Counted from the first letter of the whole stretch, positions 48,763 through 61,824 are shown. The stretch is DNA of 63,866 bases, filler included, from Phoronis australis (GCA_002633005.1; 7 parts of 7 records of this genome joined end to end with filler, not necessarily neighbours in it), one strand, 5' to 3'. Numbers and translations are program-made. The notes: generated by a model from the sequence alone, not told the origin.

Positions 48763-50056
48763 AGGCGAAGGCAACCTTTTTCATGTTACTTTTAGCAAAA
48801 ATAAGGTCTGTTGATTATCCCAGACATATTTTTCGCCTAATTACAGCTTTTCGTAATTTAATTAATTACTCGTCCTCTACTCCGGAAGTGACGTTTTGGG
48901 AGGCAAGAATTTCGCGCCAATTTCTTTTCATACAGTCAGACTGTGAGAGCTGTCAAGTCGGTCATTGTTCTACCTCGGCTGTGACAAGTTCGGTCGTCGT
49001 TTGCTTTTGTTTACGAGTCAGTCAACATGCCACGCAGTTGCTGCGTACCAGGATGTACTCATTATCGTCTCACATGCGCTTTGGGTACCTTGCATCGCTT
49101 TCCGAAGGTTGACACACTTCGCCGTACTTGGCTAGCTCGTTCGTGTGAAGAACGCAGCGCTACCCGTTCACGCAACGTACAAAGCAGTGGCAAGCATTTT
49201 CAGCCGTCAGATTACTACAGAGATATGTACGCTGCATTGATGAAGGTTCCTGCGAAACAATGCCTGAAGAAGGGTTCCATACCGTCGCTTTTGATTCCCG
49301 GCAGTGCCCCGTCGCCACCCCCGAGAATTGCGTTTTTGAAACCAGAAGCCTCGCGAGCTTTGGCCACTATAAACAGTGACTGGAGGCACTTCATCTACTG
49401 TAACCCATGCCTCCGAACGTACCCCATAGCGTGCAATTCCAGGAACTAGCAGTGATTCCCAGTGTGCTGTTGTCCTTAGCCCAGAGCCTGTAAGCAGCCC
49501 TGCAGCGATGTTGAGTAGTGGGGTGAATACAGGCCCAGTTTGACACCCTGTGAAAAGAACAGTTCGTCATCCAGTGAACAGATCGGTGAACCTAAGTTTA
49601 ATAAATTTATTGTGGACTTGTATTGGAGCTATTTAGAAGGTGCCACGTGTGTGACGAGGGAGTCGCACGGCGGGATGTAAGCAGTTTGGGTGCTCAAGTC
49701 ACCATTGGGAGTGTGTCGCGGGACACCCGGGCAAGTGGGACAGTTCTTCCTCTGTACACGATAATGAGTACATCTCGGTAGGCAGCAACAGGGTGGCATG
49801 ACTCTTAAACAAAAGTAAATGACGACCGAACTTATCAAAACCGAGGTAGAACAATGACCGACTCGACTGTTCTCACAGTCAGACTGTATGAAAAGAAATT
49901 GGCGCGAAATTCTTGCCTCCCAAAACGTCACTTCCGGAGTAGACGACGAGTAATTAATTAAATTACGAAAAGCTTTAAATAAGTGAAAAATATGTGTGGG
50001 ATAATCAATGAATCCTATTTTTGCTAAAAATGACATAAAAAAGGTTGCCTTCGCCT
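48763..50056. mobile_element. Kolobok-like element with ~300-bp TIRs and a THAP remnant
   Basis: TTAA TSD at 48759-48762 and 50057-50060. Termini AGGCGAAGGCAACC/GGTTGCCTTCGCCT. Inverted arms at 48763-49068 and 49758-50056. Confidence 0.92.
49027..49449 (+). pseudogene. THAP-domain ORF, truncated transposase 5' end
   Basis: MPRSCCVPGC..LHRFP..RRTW..GKHF..LKKGSIPSL fits THAP, but the third Cys (the VCS.HF position) is missing and no catalytic domain follows. Confidence 0.8.
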
Positions 50057-50949
50057 TTAAGTTTGATAAATTGTAGGAAAATTTCGCTTTTGATGAAGTT
50101 TCATCCATTCTTTCACTTTTTTATGACATGTACCTCCATTTTGAAACGAAATCGGGCGCCGAAGTAGACATGTTTGAGTGCATTATGTTAGCATGTATAG
50201 CTAGCTGATAACAAATGCGTGATACGTTTTTAAAGTACTATGAGTGAATAATAACTTTCAAAATGCACTTAAAAATTTTTTGTTTTAATTTTGTGTGGCA
50301 AAACGGGAGGTTTTCACCGAAGCCATTTTCGGCCAAATTTGGCACTCTGTAGCAGCCATATTGCACATTTTCAAAATCTGACCTGATAATAATTTGCTTA
50401 GTTATTCCTAATCTCTTCATATTCTAAAATAAGATATCTTGCCTCTCCAGTGGTTTTTGCTTACGAAGCATTACAGTAACTGCGCTTCGTCCTATTTTCC
50501 TGTTCTCTTTTATCTCAACCACCAATAGGGGCACCTTGAAACGTGGAATTAGCTTGTAAAAATGACGTAAAAGCTTGTATTTAGGAGAAAAAGCAAAACA
50601 TCAGTACTAAGTTACTAATTGCCATTCCCTCAAAACCACACTGATGATTATTGTTTATTACTAAAAATATGTACATTAATTGTGACTGATATGCGTGCTT
50701 CATATAAATGATAGATGGCGTCGAGTGCTTGTGGGAACGCGACAACCAACCGAATCTGCCTTGTTCGTGTTATCTTCGTTGTGAGATCCACTGGCATATG
50801 AAGGGAGGCACCTAAGGGGGTTATGGCCCTCCGCTCTGCGTAAAAAATCTTCACCTCGGTCAAAACTCTAGTAATTTTGTATTAATGTTGTAACGTCCCT
50901 GTAGGTTGCTGTGAATTTTAGTCTCCACACTGGTCGGCGGCCACCCGAA

Positions 50950-51048
50950 AGTTGAGCATTTCCACCCCGGCCAACCCGCGTTCGAGAACTACCGGAACGC
51001 GATCGAAAACGAAATTTGGCGCGCGAACCGAAGCCAGGCAAGGTGAGT
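50950..51048 (+). promoter_or_regulatory. Possible CpG-rich promoter or non-coding first exon
   Basis: A CpG-dense patch with ACCGGAA (ETS-like) and TTTGGCGCG (E2F-like) motifs, followed by a consensus donor AAG|gtgagt at 51042/51043. No downstream coding exon was identified. Confidence 0.25.
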
Positions 51049-52652
51049 AAATTTGATGAATTTCCGTTGTTTTTACTTCCAATGTGAAAACAGAGACATG
51101 AGTTCAAGGCGTAACACATTGAGGTTTAGTCTAGAGTCTCTTCCAATTATAGGAGAAAAGTTACATTGACCGAGGCATCGCTTAAGAGGAAAGTGATTTG
51201 TGTGACATTTTGGCAAATTGCCGTTATTTTTGGCACTAAATCAATAAATTGACCATGGAATTATGAAGAAATGACGTGTGAAAATATAACACAACGTTTG
51301 TTTTTTGTAGTTTTGTCAGGATATCTGATTCTTCGACGCTTTTCTGCTGAAAGATGCGATCGAGAATGCAACGATAAGCGATCGCGAACGCAAACCTGTG
51401 TTTGTTATGCGCTCGTGATGTGTCGAACAGTAATGAACTTTTTACTTATAAAACGTGAAAAAGGTTACAAAATAAGTGTGGTGCAATGAATTAATCACAT
51501 TTTGTGTCATTACTGTGTTACTTTCGTATCAAAACTGAACAACAACATACCATATTCCATTGAATTGCCATGAGCACTACATATACATCAAGCATAACTT
51601 TAGTTTCACAAACGAATTTATTTTCATTTCAGGAAACAAGTTCACTGACCCCCCCCCCATTTGGCGAAGTGGGCAAGAAGGTCCGCCGCTGAGAGACAAA
51701 AAGTCCAAGAAAATGGGACTAAATAATCGCAAACGCGCACAGTGGTGCTCTGGTTTTTTTTTTTTTTTAGTCCGCCCGTCAGGAATTCGAACCCCCATAT
51801 TGAAGGCTGGTTGCGCGCATGCTATATTGGTAAAAAACTCAGACTTGACGCATCCAATGTGTCAATCACAGGGCTGGTAAAGGTCTGGCTTTGTTGTAGT
51901 GTCACTGTATTTTATTGTCATGTGGTCATACTAAGTCGATTTCTTAGTTCCTTAACCATGCTCCATAACTCACATACACTCTGTTGTGACATGCAGCAGT
52001 TGTACTACTCTTTCTTGGAGGCGTGGACGTTAATATCCTGAAGGACTCGTTGTGTGGCTAGAGTTCAACTTCAAAAAAATCAAACGCATTCAGTTATGTT
52101 TGTTAGGCTAAATCTCTCTTAGAAATAATGAAAATCAGATGAAATGTAATTAATAACCAACCCATCAACTAATTCAGTTTCCGTATTATTCTAAAATTGT
52201 TGACCTAATTCCATAACTTGAACGACTATTCAGGCCGATGCAGAGATAAAATGTGCGTTCACGATCGCTTTTTTGCGTTCACAATCGCCATAGAGAATTA
52301 ACGAAATCGTTCCCGATCGCCGTCTCACACAAGGACCAGCTTGTATTGGTAAATATCTCAAATTATTTCACAAATCATAACTAACAAAGGTGTCACCAGG
52401 CACGATTAAACTATAAACGTCACACGTCTCTTCTTAAGAACCCTGGAATTACTAATAACAAGTGGAAATTGTCGAATTTACGAGGCGCAAGGCATTTTAC
52501 CCAAAGCTATTACTTTCCGAGCTCTTTATTTTAAATAATAAGCAAAAGCCAAGTATTATTTCAGATCTACAACCAAGGTTACACTCTGACGCATTTCTGT
52601 GTGTAGAATTCGTACTAATGTGGCCTCTATTTAAGCAGAAAATGACACTTAA

Positions 52653-54368
52653 AGGAGCATGCCACCCCAAAAACAACCTAATTTGTATCAATTTAGATCG
52701 AGTAGTTCTACACCATAACGACACGTACGGTTGCGTTACCTGACACCTGACGGCAGACGGAGGTGTTGAAATTATCCAATGACGTCATCGGTTTAACACG
52801 CAGTTTGTTCTGCAGTTCACAACACGGGTTATTGGTGTCAGCTTATCGCTTGAAGTCATCGTTTAACACCAATGAATCATCAAACTTCGATGTAAAACCC
52901 TTAAAAATACATAGAGTTCTTATAAAAACGTGTTGTTTTATTTCGCTCTTACGGATTTATTGGTATTTGGGCACACCGTAGGCCAATAAGGTCCGTTCGG
53001 TAGGCCAATAAGGTCCGTTCGGTAGGCCAATAAGGTCCATTCGGTAGGCCAATAAGGTCCGTTCGGTAGGCCAATAAGGTCCTTAGCAGGAGTTTGGGGT
53101 CTGTTCGGAGATAATTTCGAAGTATTTTCCGTGAGATACAGACAGGAGAACTTGGATCTGTGTTGTTTAGACTTGTGATTTTTTATTTCTAAACATAAAG
53201 CGCTTGTTATCCTGGCCAGAGGCTCGGAGCCCGATCAGGCCCGTCGCGACCGGCCGGATTGACTCGTTATCCCGGCCAGTGGCTCGGAAACTGATCAGAC
53301 ATCACGAACATAAACCAGCCAAAGTTCAGTGGAAACTAAACTTCCAGTCAAGAAAATACTATACTAGTGAGCCAAAGTAATGTGCACCTTGGTGAATTAG
53401 CCACGAAACTGCAAATCTACTTACTCGTCGGAGGCCGCGAATTCAGGTTCCGCTTTGGCCACAGCAACGTCAGGGCTGAAGTTGTACATTGACAATCATT
53501 ATTTGAGTAATGTAAAAGGAAATAAAGATTCCCCTAACACCTGGCCGAGTTGTTTCACAACAGTTTCTGCCAGCAAACACTAAATTAACATGAGCTCACA
53601 CGGCCTCGGTGTCCCGTCAATTAGTTGTATTGCACCTAAGGCCGGTAACGCAGTGATTTGTTCATTGCTGGCTTCTCAAATTATATGCACTCGCGGACAC
53701 TCCAAAGGCATTACAAATTGCATCTAATGAGACAGGCTTTGTTTCAGTTTTATATAATATATTGGTTAGGGTGAGAATAACTCATTTTGAAACAGAACGC
53801 TCAGTAATAAACGCCAACATGGCAACTCGCAATCCCGACTTAGGACGAGCTAGAGCTCATCAGTCCCGACTTTGCAGGTGAATCGTTAAGTTTTACAGGC
53901 TATCGATTCGAACAGGAATACAGTGATGAAGAAATACTAGAGAGGCTCTGTGAATAAGCTCAAACAACGGAACGTTTGGAGTTATTTGTTAAGCCGGCAT
54001 TCATCCGGCACTGTCGACGTCTGCAGGCCACAGACACGGAGATGTTTCACGGCCTCATACTTGCTATTTACAGCGTATATTTCATTCTTCACTACCATGA
54101 GCCATTTCCTAAGCATTTCGGACTCTCGAGGACGGAAAAAAACGATATACCCGCTTTTCTCGCAGCTGCTTAGTTCGGACAAGCGGGAGCGATGCACCGC
54201 AACATAGCGGCATTCACTCTGCATACATGTATGAACCATTCACGTCGCCTTCCTCACAGGTTAATGCGACATCTCTTGGCAAGGTAAGGTCGACCGTATG
54301 CGAGGCAATGTGGATATAGACCGATTAAGACGCCAAACAAGACTAATTAAATCGGGTGGCATTCTCCC
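52653..54368. mobile_element. Internally deleted Kolobok-like element, 1716 bp
   Basis: TTAA at 52649-52652 and 54369-54372. TIR AGGAGCATGCCACCC versus GGGAGAATGCCACCC (13/15). A degenerate THAP-like frame lies on the minus strand at 54239-53982 (..VFFRPRESEMLRKWLMVVK..KHLRVCGL). Confidence 0.7.
52978..53082. repeat. 22-bp minisatellite, 4.8 copies
   Basis: Unit gtaggccaataaggtccgttcg, with no spacers. Confidence 0.95.
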
Positions 54369-55220
54369 TTAAACTCACCGGGTACGTCACTGTCGTCTGC
54401 CATTTTTGGTGCAAGGTCTCGTTCTCGATCGCCTTCCGGGCGTTCTCGATCGCGGGTTGGTCGGGGTGATTTCTAACAGTTCGAACATGAATGGCATGAA
54501 AAGGCATAGGCCTACATTCAAGGTCAAGAGAAAACAATGCACGCAAGACAATATTATTAACGACTCAGTTCATGACAGACATTAGCTAAACACAGTTCAA
54601 CACAACTATCTGGACTTCATAGCAAGCATACCGAGTGCCGACTGACTCTGTACGTAGTAATTAAGGGAGAAGGGGTTAGGTGCCGCCGGGCGCCTGCCGA
54701 AGGGGGAGGGGGATCAGAGAGCTAAACAATTGTCTTCCAAAGAGGACACCAAGCTTCCGTTAACTGGGAGGTTCCACAGCTACTAACAGGGGATGGGGCC
54801 GCCTCTTGGGTGAGATGTCGACGGGGCAATGGGGTGCTCGCTACGCCACTGGACTGACTGACTGTCATTTTATCTCATCTACAAACTGGCGCGATAAAAT
54901 ACATGATACACATGTACATGTATATGACGAGCACTGGGAAAGCTGTGAAATTTGATCGTGTGGCTCTTGAAAAAGTCGAAGGCTCACTTGGTGGTACCAA
55001 TTCTGAGCTTGTCAAAATTAACCAAGTCAACATCCACCGTGAAATGTTTTAGTCAATACCGCATTCAGATTTTCTATTGGAAAGTCTTGGGTGTTAAGGA
55101 TACAGACACTTTCTGCTTCGGTGAAAACCGGAACCAAATTCTCTTCGGTGAATATCGCACATTATTTGACATGGTCCTGCTCAGTCACAATTAAATTTAT
55201 CTGGTCACTAACATTGGTTA

Positions 55221-55409
55221 CATAAAAACATTTCTGATACTATAGGTAATCATTTCAATTCCAAAAACCATAATATTCAAGATCTTTCTGTACAAATAAT
55301 AGAAAAACTCCAACACCCCAGTACCCCTCACAGGCTCAAAAGAGAACAATATTGGATATACAAACTTAATACAATAGAACCTCATGGATTGAACATAAAA
55401 ACCTCTTAA
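55221..55409 (+). mobile_element. Penelope-like GIY-YIG endonuclease C-terminal fragment
   Basis: My translation HKNISDTIGNHFNSKNHNIQDLSVQIIEKLQHPSTPHRLKREQYWIYKLNTIEPHGLNIKTS* matches the HF...H....R..RE..WI..L.T..P.GLN signature. It is absent from the ORF track. Confidence 0.9.
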
Positions 55410-56479
55410 AATATGTCATTGAATTTTTTACGCAAAAATGTATCATATTCATTACACAATATCTTATATGTCAATTGTCATTTTGTGTTTGATTTTACAT
55501 GTACTTTATTTCTGTTTTTGTTGACAAAGGAAGTTATTACATCCGAAAATTTCAAATTTCAGTTGATCCATTCTTGTTGTTTTATTTACCGATTTATATT
55601 TTAACATTGAAAAGTACGCTCGTGTCACGCGCACGCGCCATTTCCTAAATTTTTGCGACATCTCTCTGGAGATGATGATAGCTTGGAAGCAGAAAAATTT
55701 CTTTTGAAATTCGGTTTTTCGGTATCAAAATTCTAAAAACTTATAATGAAGTGAAACCAGTTCCGATAATTTGTTGTGACGTATACTCAACCTCGTGAAA
55801 GAACAACAGTTGATTGAAGAATCGGCGAAAAACGAAACTGGCCAATAGGTGACGCAATATTTCATCACGCCGAAAGCCGTCGCTAAAGATAGCTCCAAAT
55901 TTAGCTGCAGAATAACGGTTGAACGCCATTTTTTTCAACACCGTTGAATAATTTAGTTTATTCAAGGAAGACTGTAGTTTTTAGTGACATTAATTTTGTG
56001 TCAGATTTTATCTTAACACTTTTTTAAGCACATCGGTGCAAAGCTGTATATTTTGTATACAGCTTTGTACCAAAACTACATAACTATAAGCAATTACAAA
56101 TATGACACGGTAATAATTGTTTGCTATTCAAACATTTCACAAACCGTTGGAAGGCTGACACATTAATAGATAAGTATAACCGCATCAATAAATGAACAAA
56201 CCAGACAACTTAGTTAAAATCAAGGGGTGTTACATACAGCTGTATCTACTCTCCACAGAATAGAACATGATAAGCAAGTTGTTGATGTGAAAGTGATTTC
56301 TACCATTGTATGCAGTGTTGGGTGTGCATGAGCTCGTGTATGAGAATGTACACGTGTATGTGTACAACAAAAGAGTATTGCACATTGTATGTAAATTTTC
56401 TCGGTGGATGTATCAGCAGGAGTGAGCTTGAAGCATTCCATAATGAGTAAGTATCTAAACTGTTGTTCCCCTAATACCT

Positions 56480-56520
56480 TGATTCATTGATTGATTGGTT
56501 GATTGATTGGTTGATTGATT
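56480..56520. repeat. (GATT/GGTT)n microsatellite
   Basis: Read directly. Confidence 0.85.
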
Positions 56521-58745
56521 CAGCAAATAATACAATATCATGTCAGACAATACATTATGCTGAGAATGACAAGACATGCATTCACACATATTAGACGTGT
56601 ATGCACGAATGGCAACAAAAGAATGTAAAACCTTATTTTCATCGTGATCCGCCCTGAAAGTCCAGCAAGTGAGTAGGTGTTTTTTCATCTAGAACTGAAG
56701 ACGGTATTTTACAGTGTATGTTCATTGATGACTCTAGGAATGTGAAAGCGTAAATTTTGACTTGTCGTGATTGGTGATTAAAATAGAGTCCTGATTATAG
56801 GATCGTAGTTGCGAAATGTAACAATAAAGTTCTAAAGAGGTATGACGAACGACTATTTCTAATTGGTCTGTTGCTTCGGCTGTGACAGGAAATGAAATTG
56901 TTTTGAATAAAACTTGGGAGTGTAAAAGTTGTAATATATTTTCGAGCATGAACTGGGTATATTTAGACTGTCTTCAAGCAGAATTTTTAAATATTACATT
57001 TTGGATATGCATGGGCTACAGTTGTGTGAGTTGGTGACTATTGAGGCTGATAAGGCTTTTTAAGAATTGTATTCCGCTGACATTTCTAAATTCCATTTTG
57101 TGAGGCCAAAAATTGCGTATGGATCAATTGTGGTCAACAGGAATAAAGGTAGATATCCTTGAGTTTATTCAGTACGTCACAAGTTTGTGCAGTTTCATTC
57201 TCACCAGAATAAAATGTTCTGAACTGGACGAAAGTTATCAAATGTTATTCCCAAGAACTTAAATGTTTTAGCAAAAGTTAGATTTTCACTGTAATTATAA
57301 TAATCTTAGGTATCATTTTTTAGATATTTCTTCTGAGGCTGTGGAATATCATGTAGTTAGTCTTGGTGACATTTAACAGGTCTTAATGCACAACAATAAC
57401 AGACAAGTGTTAAGCTGTGGCCCTGTACTAGTCCTTGCAATATTCAAAGAGAGTAACTCCAAGTTGCAACGTTAGTACCCTCAAAGAAGTAAATTCGTCA
57501 CGATCTACATGTATTTAAACGGATGCCAAACCCGCTTTTGACCTATTAACAGATATTAAAAACGACTTCCCCATCCAGTTCTCTGAAGCAAAATAATGCT
57601 CTTTAAATCTCGACAACCCTTAAACGTTTGGAGGAAAATTTGAAAACTTTTCAAATTCAAGTGTGGGCGCTTGCTTCCGAGCCTTTAATAAAGAGGAAAC
57701 CAATTTTCCATTGCATGCTGGCCACACCGTTCTACACTAAACGAACAGAGGGAATATACATGCGCTGAAATATTGCAGACGCCCTTCTGAGGGAAGATGT
57801 GAGAATAAATACCATTAGTAATTAGTAAGAATAGATCCATTTTATGTTGCCCAAAATGTGTGCATATCAACTTTTAAATCAAGGGATCAAATTGTACTTT
57901 TTAGGAGGTGTTTACAACTTTGGGTTCTGGGGTCAAAACACTCTAGAGATTCTAGAAATTTCTGAGTACAAATCGTAACAGCCAATGATATGATTAGATA
58001 AGATCATGCGGTTTTTATTAGCCAAGTAGAATATTACAACATGGGGCAAAATCAAGAAGATATTCAGATGAGCTATAGTAGTTGAAGCATAAAGGCTTGC
58101 TACAGAGTACAGAGGAAATTGTACAACAGAGCCATTTTGTGGAAAATTCTAGAGAGGATCTTGGCAAGGGCAAAGGTTAACGAACAGGAAATTAACTAAG
58201 CCCTTAACTAAGAGGTTGTCACTTGCACCGTGGGTAGTATGATACTGCCTGGAGTGTTGCGTCACCAGAGACTGTGACCAGCAAGTACACTGTCGCAATA
58301 CAGTGTATTTAGTTCGAAGATGATAGCAGATAAGACATTTGATTATTTTGTTTGATTGATTCTGAAGTAATCTTTAAAGAGGGCGCTAGCGTAGTTACTC
58401 TTCTGCGTAGCTGATTACTTAATTAGCAACAGGTTCCACTTGTCTAATTAGAGGTTATCATATAATAAATTAATTGGATTTAATCATTCTCTCTCCCTCG
58501 ACGAATAATCTCAAAACATAGCTGCCTTGTAAACAAACCCACAGTCAATCTCTGACAGAAGAAATGGTGATATACGCCGGAGACGACCAAGACGCTGTCT
58601 AATTTTGGACACAGACCCACTAATAGGGCTAGACTAGCTGAGGGTNNNNNNNNNNNNNNNNNNNNNNNNNNNNNNNNNNNNNNNNNNNNTTAATTAATTA
58701 ANNNNNNNNNNNNNNNNNNNNNNNNNNNNNNNNNNNNNNNNNNNN

Positions 58746-59585
58746 CCACCAGCAGTGTGAGTGAGTCGGAGACGTTCTGGTTCATCGCTATGTTAGGAAT
58801 CATCGTCATTAGCATCCTAGGCGCCATTGCGGCTGTTGTACGTAGGAAGCACATCGAGCGGCGTCAGCGTGAGTTGAATGAGTGTAAAATTATGGTAGAT
58901 GACTTGGTAAAGTATGATGTATGTTGTGCCGGATTTACGGGTCATAATCAGAGGCTTTAAATCCCCTGCGGAGGGCACAACCAAAAAAAGCTTGCAAGCA
59001 AACCCAAAACAGCACCACTACCGTGAGTAAACTTTAACTCTCTCCAGAACAAAATCGTAGATCTGTCACTGTTATGTAAGATTTTGGACACCATAGGACA
59101 CCATATGGAGGACGGGGGAAATTTTGTTGCCTCATTTTTTTGTAAGTGATGTATAGTTACCAAAGTGATGGTTTGCTATGTTACAGTTCTATACTACAGC
59201 TACCAAAAGACGATATTTTGAAAAATTGTGGGCATTTGAAAAATCTCAATCAGTAGAACCCCTTAAAACTGGAAAGAGTGCAATTTTGACTATCATCTTT
59301 TTGAAATTGGTGAGATTTTACCGCAGTGACCTAGTTTTTGTGTTACTTCCAGCGAGGTTCACGTTGGCTCTGATTCATTACCCATATGTGACCTTTTTAA
59401 GAAAAATGTGTTTGGTGATTTGCCCGTAAAACTGAGTTTACCTGAAGCCTTTTATATCAGGCGTGACATTGTACTGTATTATGTTGTAGGTCTGACGAGC
59501 AGCCAAACGGACGAACCTGAAGACACGCCCACTTACAACAGGCAAGAGAGTGCATTGAGTACTGGATCAGCCATGAACAATGTTG
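58746..59585 (+). CDS. Two exons of a single-pass membrane protein (transmembrane exon plus cytoplasmic exon)
   Basis: The first exon runs to 58868: ETFWFIAMLGIIVISILGAIAAVVRRKHIERRQ, with donor C|gtgagt (phase 1). Exon 59490-59585 (tgtag|GT..G|gtaagt, phase 1-1) encodes LTSSQTDEPEDTPTYNRQESALSTGSAMNNV. Family not recognised. Confidence 0.6.
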
Positions 59586-60176
59586 GTAAGTTACTCTCAT
59601 ACATGGTACATCACTGGGGTTCATAGTTTTACTACACAATGAGAATGTGCATGCCTCAATGGTATGTTCAGACTCGCTGTTGACTAATGAAATGTGGTGT
59701 ATAGGCCTGTGGTCAACAGTTATTGCTACTTGCTACTAGCTAAATAGAACCAGGTCTGTCCCAGCTTTATGAAGCATTACTCTTGGCTTTTTAAAAGCAT
59801 AAAACATTTTTAGTTCCAGTATTTGGCCTAATTTTTTCTGTATTTCATCATCTTATTTGATATTCATCTCCTTGTTTAAATTTCCTTCCTCCCTTAGTGA
59901 CGATTACTCAGTAAGTTTGAAAAAGTTTACCGTGCAAGTCGAAAGAAAACGGACAAAATGGCGCGTTTTTCCACGTCGTGATGGCCGACCGAAAGCTGAA
60001 TCTCACGCTATGATGTTTGAGTGTAAACGGAATTGGCTGTCATAGTAGCTGACTGCCATGATGGATAGCTCTAGTCATTGAAAGTGAAACGTGCTATTCA
60101 CTGTTCCTGTAGTCTGGATCTAATCAATTGTGAACAAATCTGGTGAACTGGGTGTTAGATAATTTTAGGTCAAAGA

Positions 60177-60577
60177 TGTTGTGTATTGGTAATGCTACTT
60201 GTGGTTTTCCTTAGAATATAGTCACGTGGTATTTATGCCCACAAGCCACGTGCTCATCCCCTTCTTGTATTAGTTCTCCAAGTGAATAGACGTATTATAT
60301 TTTACTCTCATCTGTGTTGTTTTACTGGTTCTACGAACACAACATTTTTGGCGACGAGGATAAAAATGGAAGATCTTGCGATTAAACCATTTATTCTTCA
60401 TCCCACGGAGTCGGCTGGTTCCCGTTGGGAATTGTGGATTAAGCGACTTGACAATTATTTGGTGGCAAAGAACATTACTCAGGATCCGCGCAAGAAAGCC
60501 ACGCTTCTGCACTATGCGGGGGAGGAAGTCTTTGTCATAAATGATTCTCTTCCTACGGAAGAAAATGAGACATACGA
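60177..60577 (+). mobile_element. Gypsy (Mag-like) LTR retrotransposon 5' end: LTR, PBS and start of gag
   Basis: 168-bp LTR TGTTGTG...CACAACA at 60177-60344. PBS TGGCGACGAGGAT at 60349-60361, complementary to the 3' end of tRNA-Ser(GCU). gag starts at ATG 60366: MEDLAIKPF..RWELWIKRLDNYLVAKNIT..RKKATLLHYAGEEV. Cut by the spacer. Confidence 0.9.
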
Positions 60578-61824
60578 NNNNNNNNNNNNNNNNNNNNNNN
60601 NNNNNNNNNNNNNNNNNNNNNTTAATTAATTAANNNNNNNNNNNNNNNNNNNNNNNNNNNNNNNNNNNNNNNNNNNNTGAGGGTTTTCGTTGAACTACAT
60701 TTTTGTTTGTTACAACGACGAAATTTCAAGTTTTGATCTGTGGAGTTGTTGACGCAATATTTCACGGAGGTCGCCTTAGACTACCGTACTCGTCCGCGTT
60801 ACTGCCCTGGGCGCTTAAATTGGGAATCTAGAAAACGGGGTGGGCGGTAAGCCGAGCATGGACGGTCAAAATCGAATTTTTTTGAAAAGTCAGGAGTTGC
60901 TGCTTACTGCTCGGAGGACCGATTTTACCCAAACGGAGCTACACTGACGTCGGGCTCCAAGCATATCAGTTAAAATATAGGTCGGGGAATTGAAGTAACG
61001 GACATCGACCGCCTGCGCACACGATACAGTGGCGTCGTGTTCTTGAGCGTGATTGGGTTCTTACGTACCTGCCTGTCATCTCTTAGAACTAAGGTATTCC
61101 TACAGGTAGGCGTGTTTTTCAGTAAGGCAAGTTTCTTGAGAGAAAAGACAGATAAAACAAGACCCCGCTAGTTCGCGGTGTATTTTTAAGGGAAGCACTT
61201 GATTGTGTAAAGATTTGCTGTACATTTAGGCACCCAAACACGTGCTAATGATTGACAGGTCTTCTTATCGAATACTTTGAACAATGTAACATGTTTTTTA
61301 TACCACAGTCGTTCAAAGCACGTGCTCAACAATCAGACGATACTGCCAGGGAGTGTAGTTCTACAAGGAGTGTAGTAGAACTACACTCCTTGATACTATT
61401 ATTAGCCAATAGGGGCACTCGGTCAGCTGCCGAAACAATGAAGCAAAAACACCTCGGGTAGTTGCAGTTGAGGGAACTGCCGGCGGCGCCAAATGACTTT
61501 GATGACCTTAACATCAATTTCAAGCTCCGTGGATTGGAATTTTCCTCGTTTAAGATGATTTCATCTTTTTGAGTTTCCATTTCCCATATTTGATTTTCAG
61601 TTTCCCTCTTTTATCGTTGTTTCGACTAGTTTTTTTTGTTTCTGAAACATTCATGTACACCACTTGGATTTTTTTCTGTTTTTGTCATTCGTCATTCCTA
61701 GGCCTGAAAGTCATTTGCAGCGAGAAAATCTGTTTGTGTCTGAAGAAACAAGGTTTACAATTTGTTGATCGTTAATACCAAAGTTTCGGTAAGATTCTGG
61801 TGGACCGCCGTTTGGGCGGAAAGT

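Noticed and set aside
52978-53082. CRISPR array (also considered for 23965-24078, 31335-31529 and 990-1268)
   Set aside because: These are head-to-tail repeats without unique spacers, or are too degenerate. There are no cas genes and the context is eukaryotic.
57520-57760. Reverse transcriptase remnant suggested by DAKPAFD
   Set aside because: Only one short motif, with no flanking RT motifs recoverable by eye.
58869-58960. ORF-track extension ELNECKIMVDDLVK... as coding sequence
   Set aside because: A consensus phase-1 donor (C|gtgagt at 58868) matches the next exon's phase, so this stretch is probably intron.
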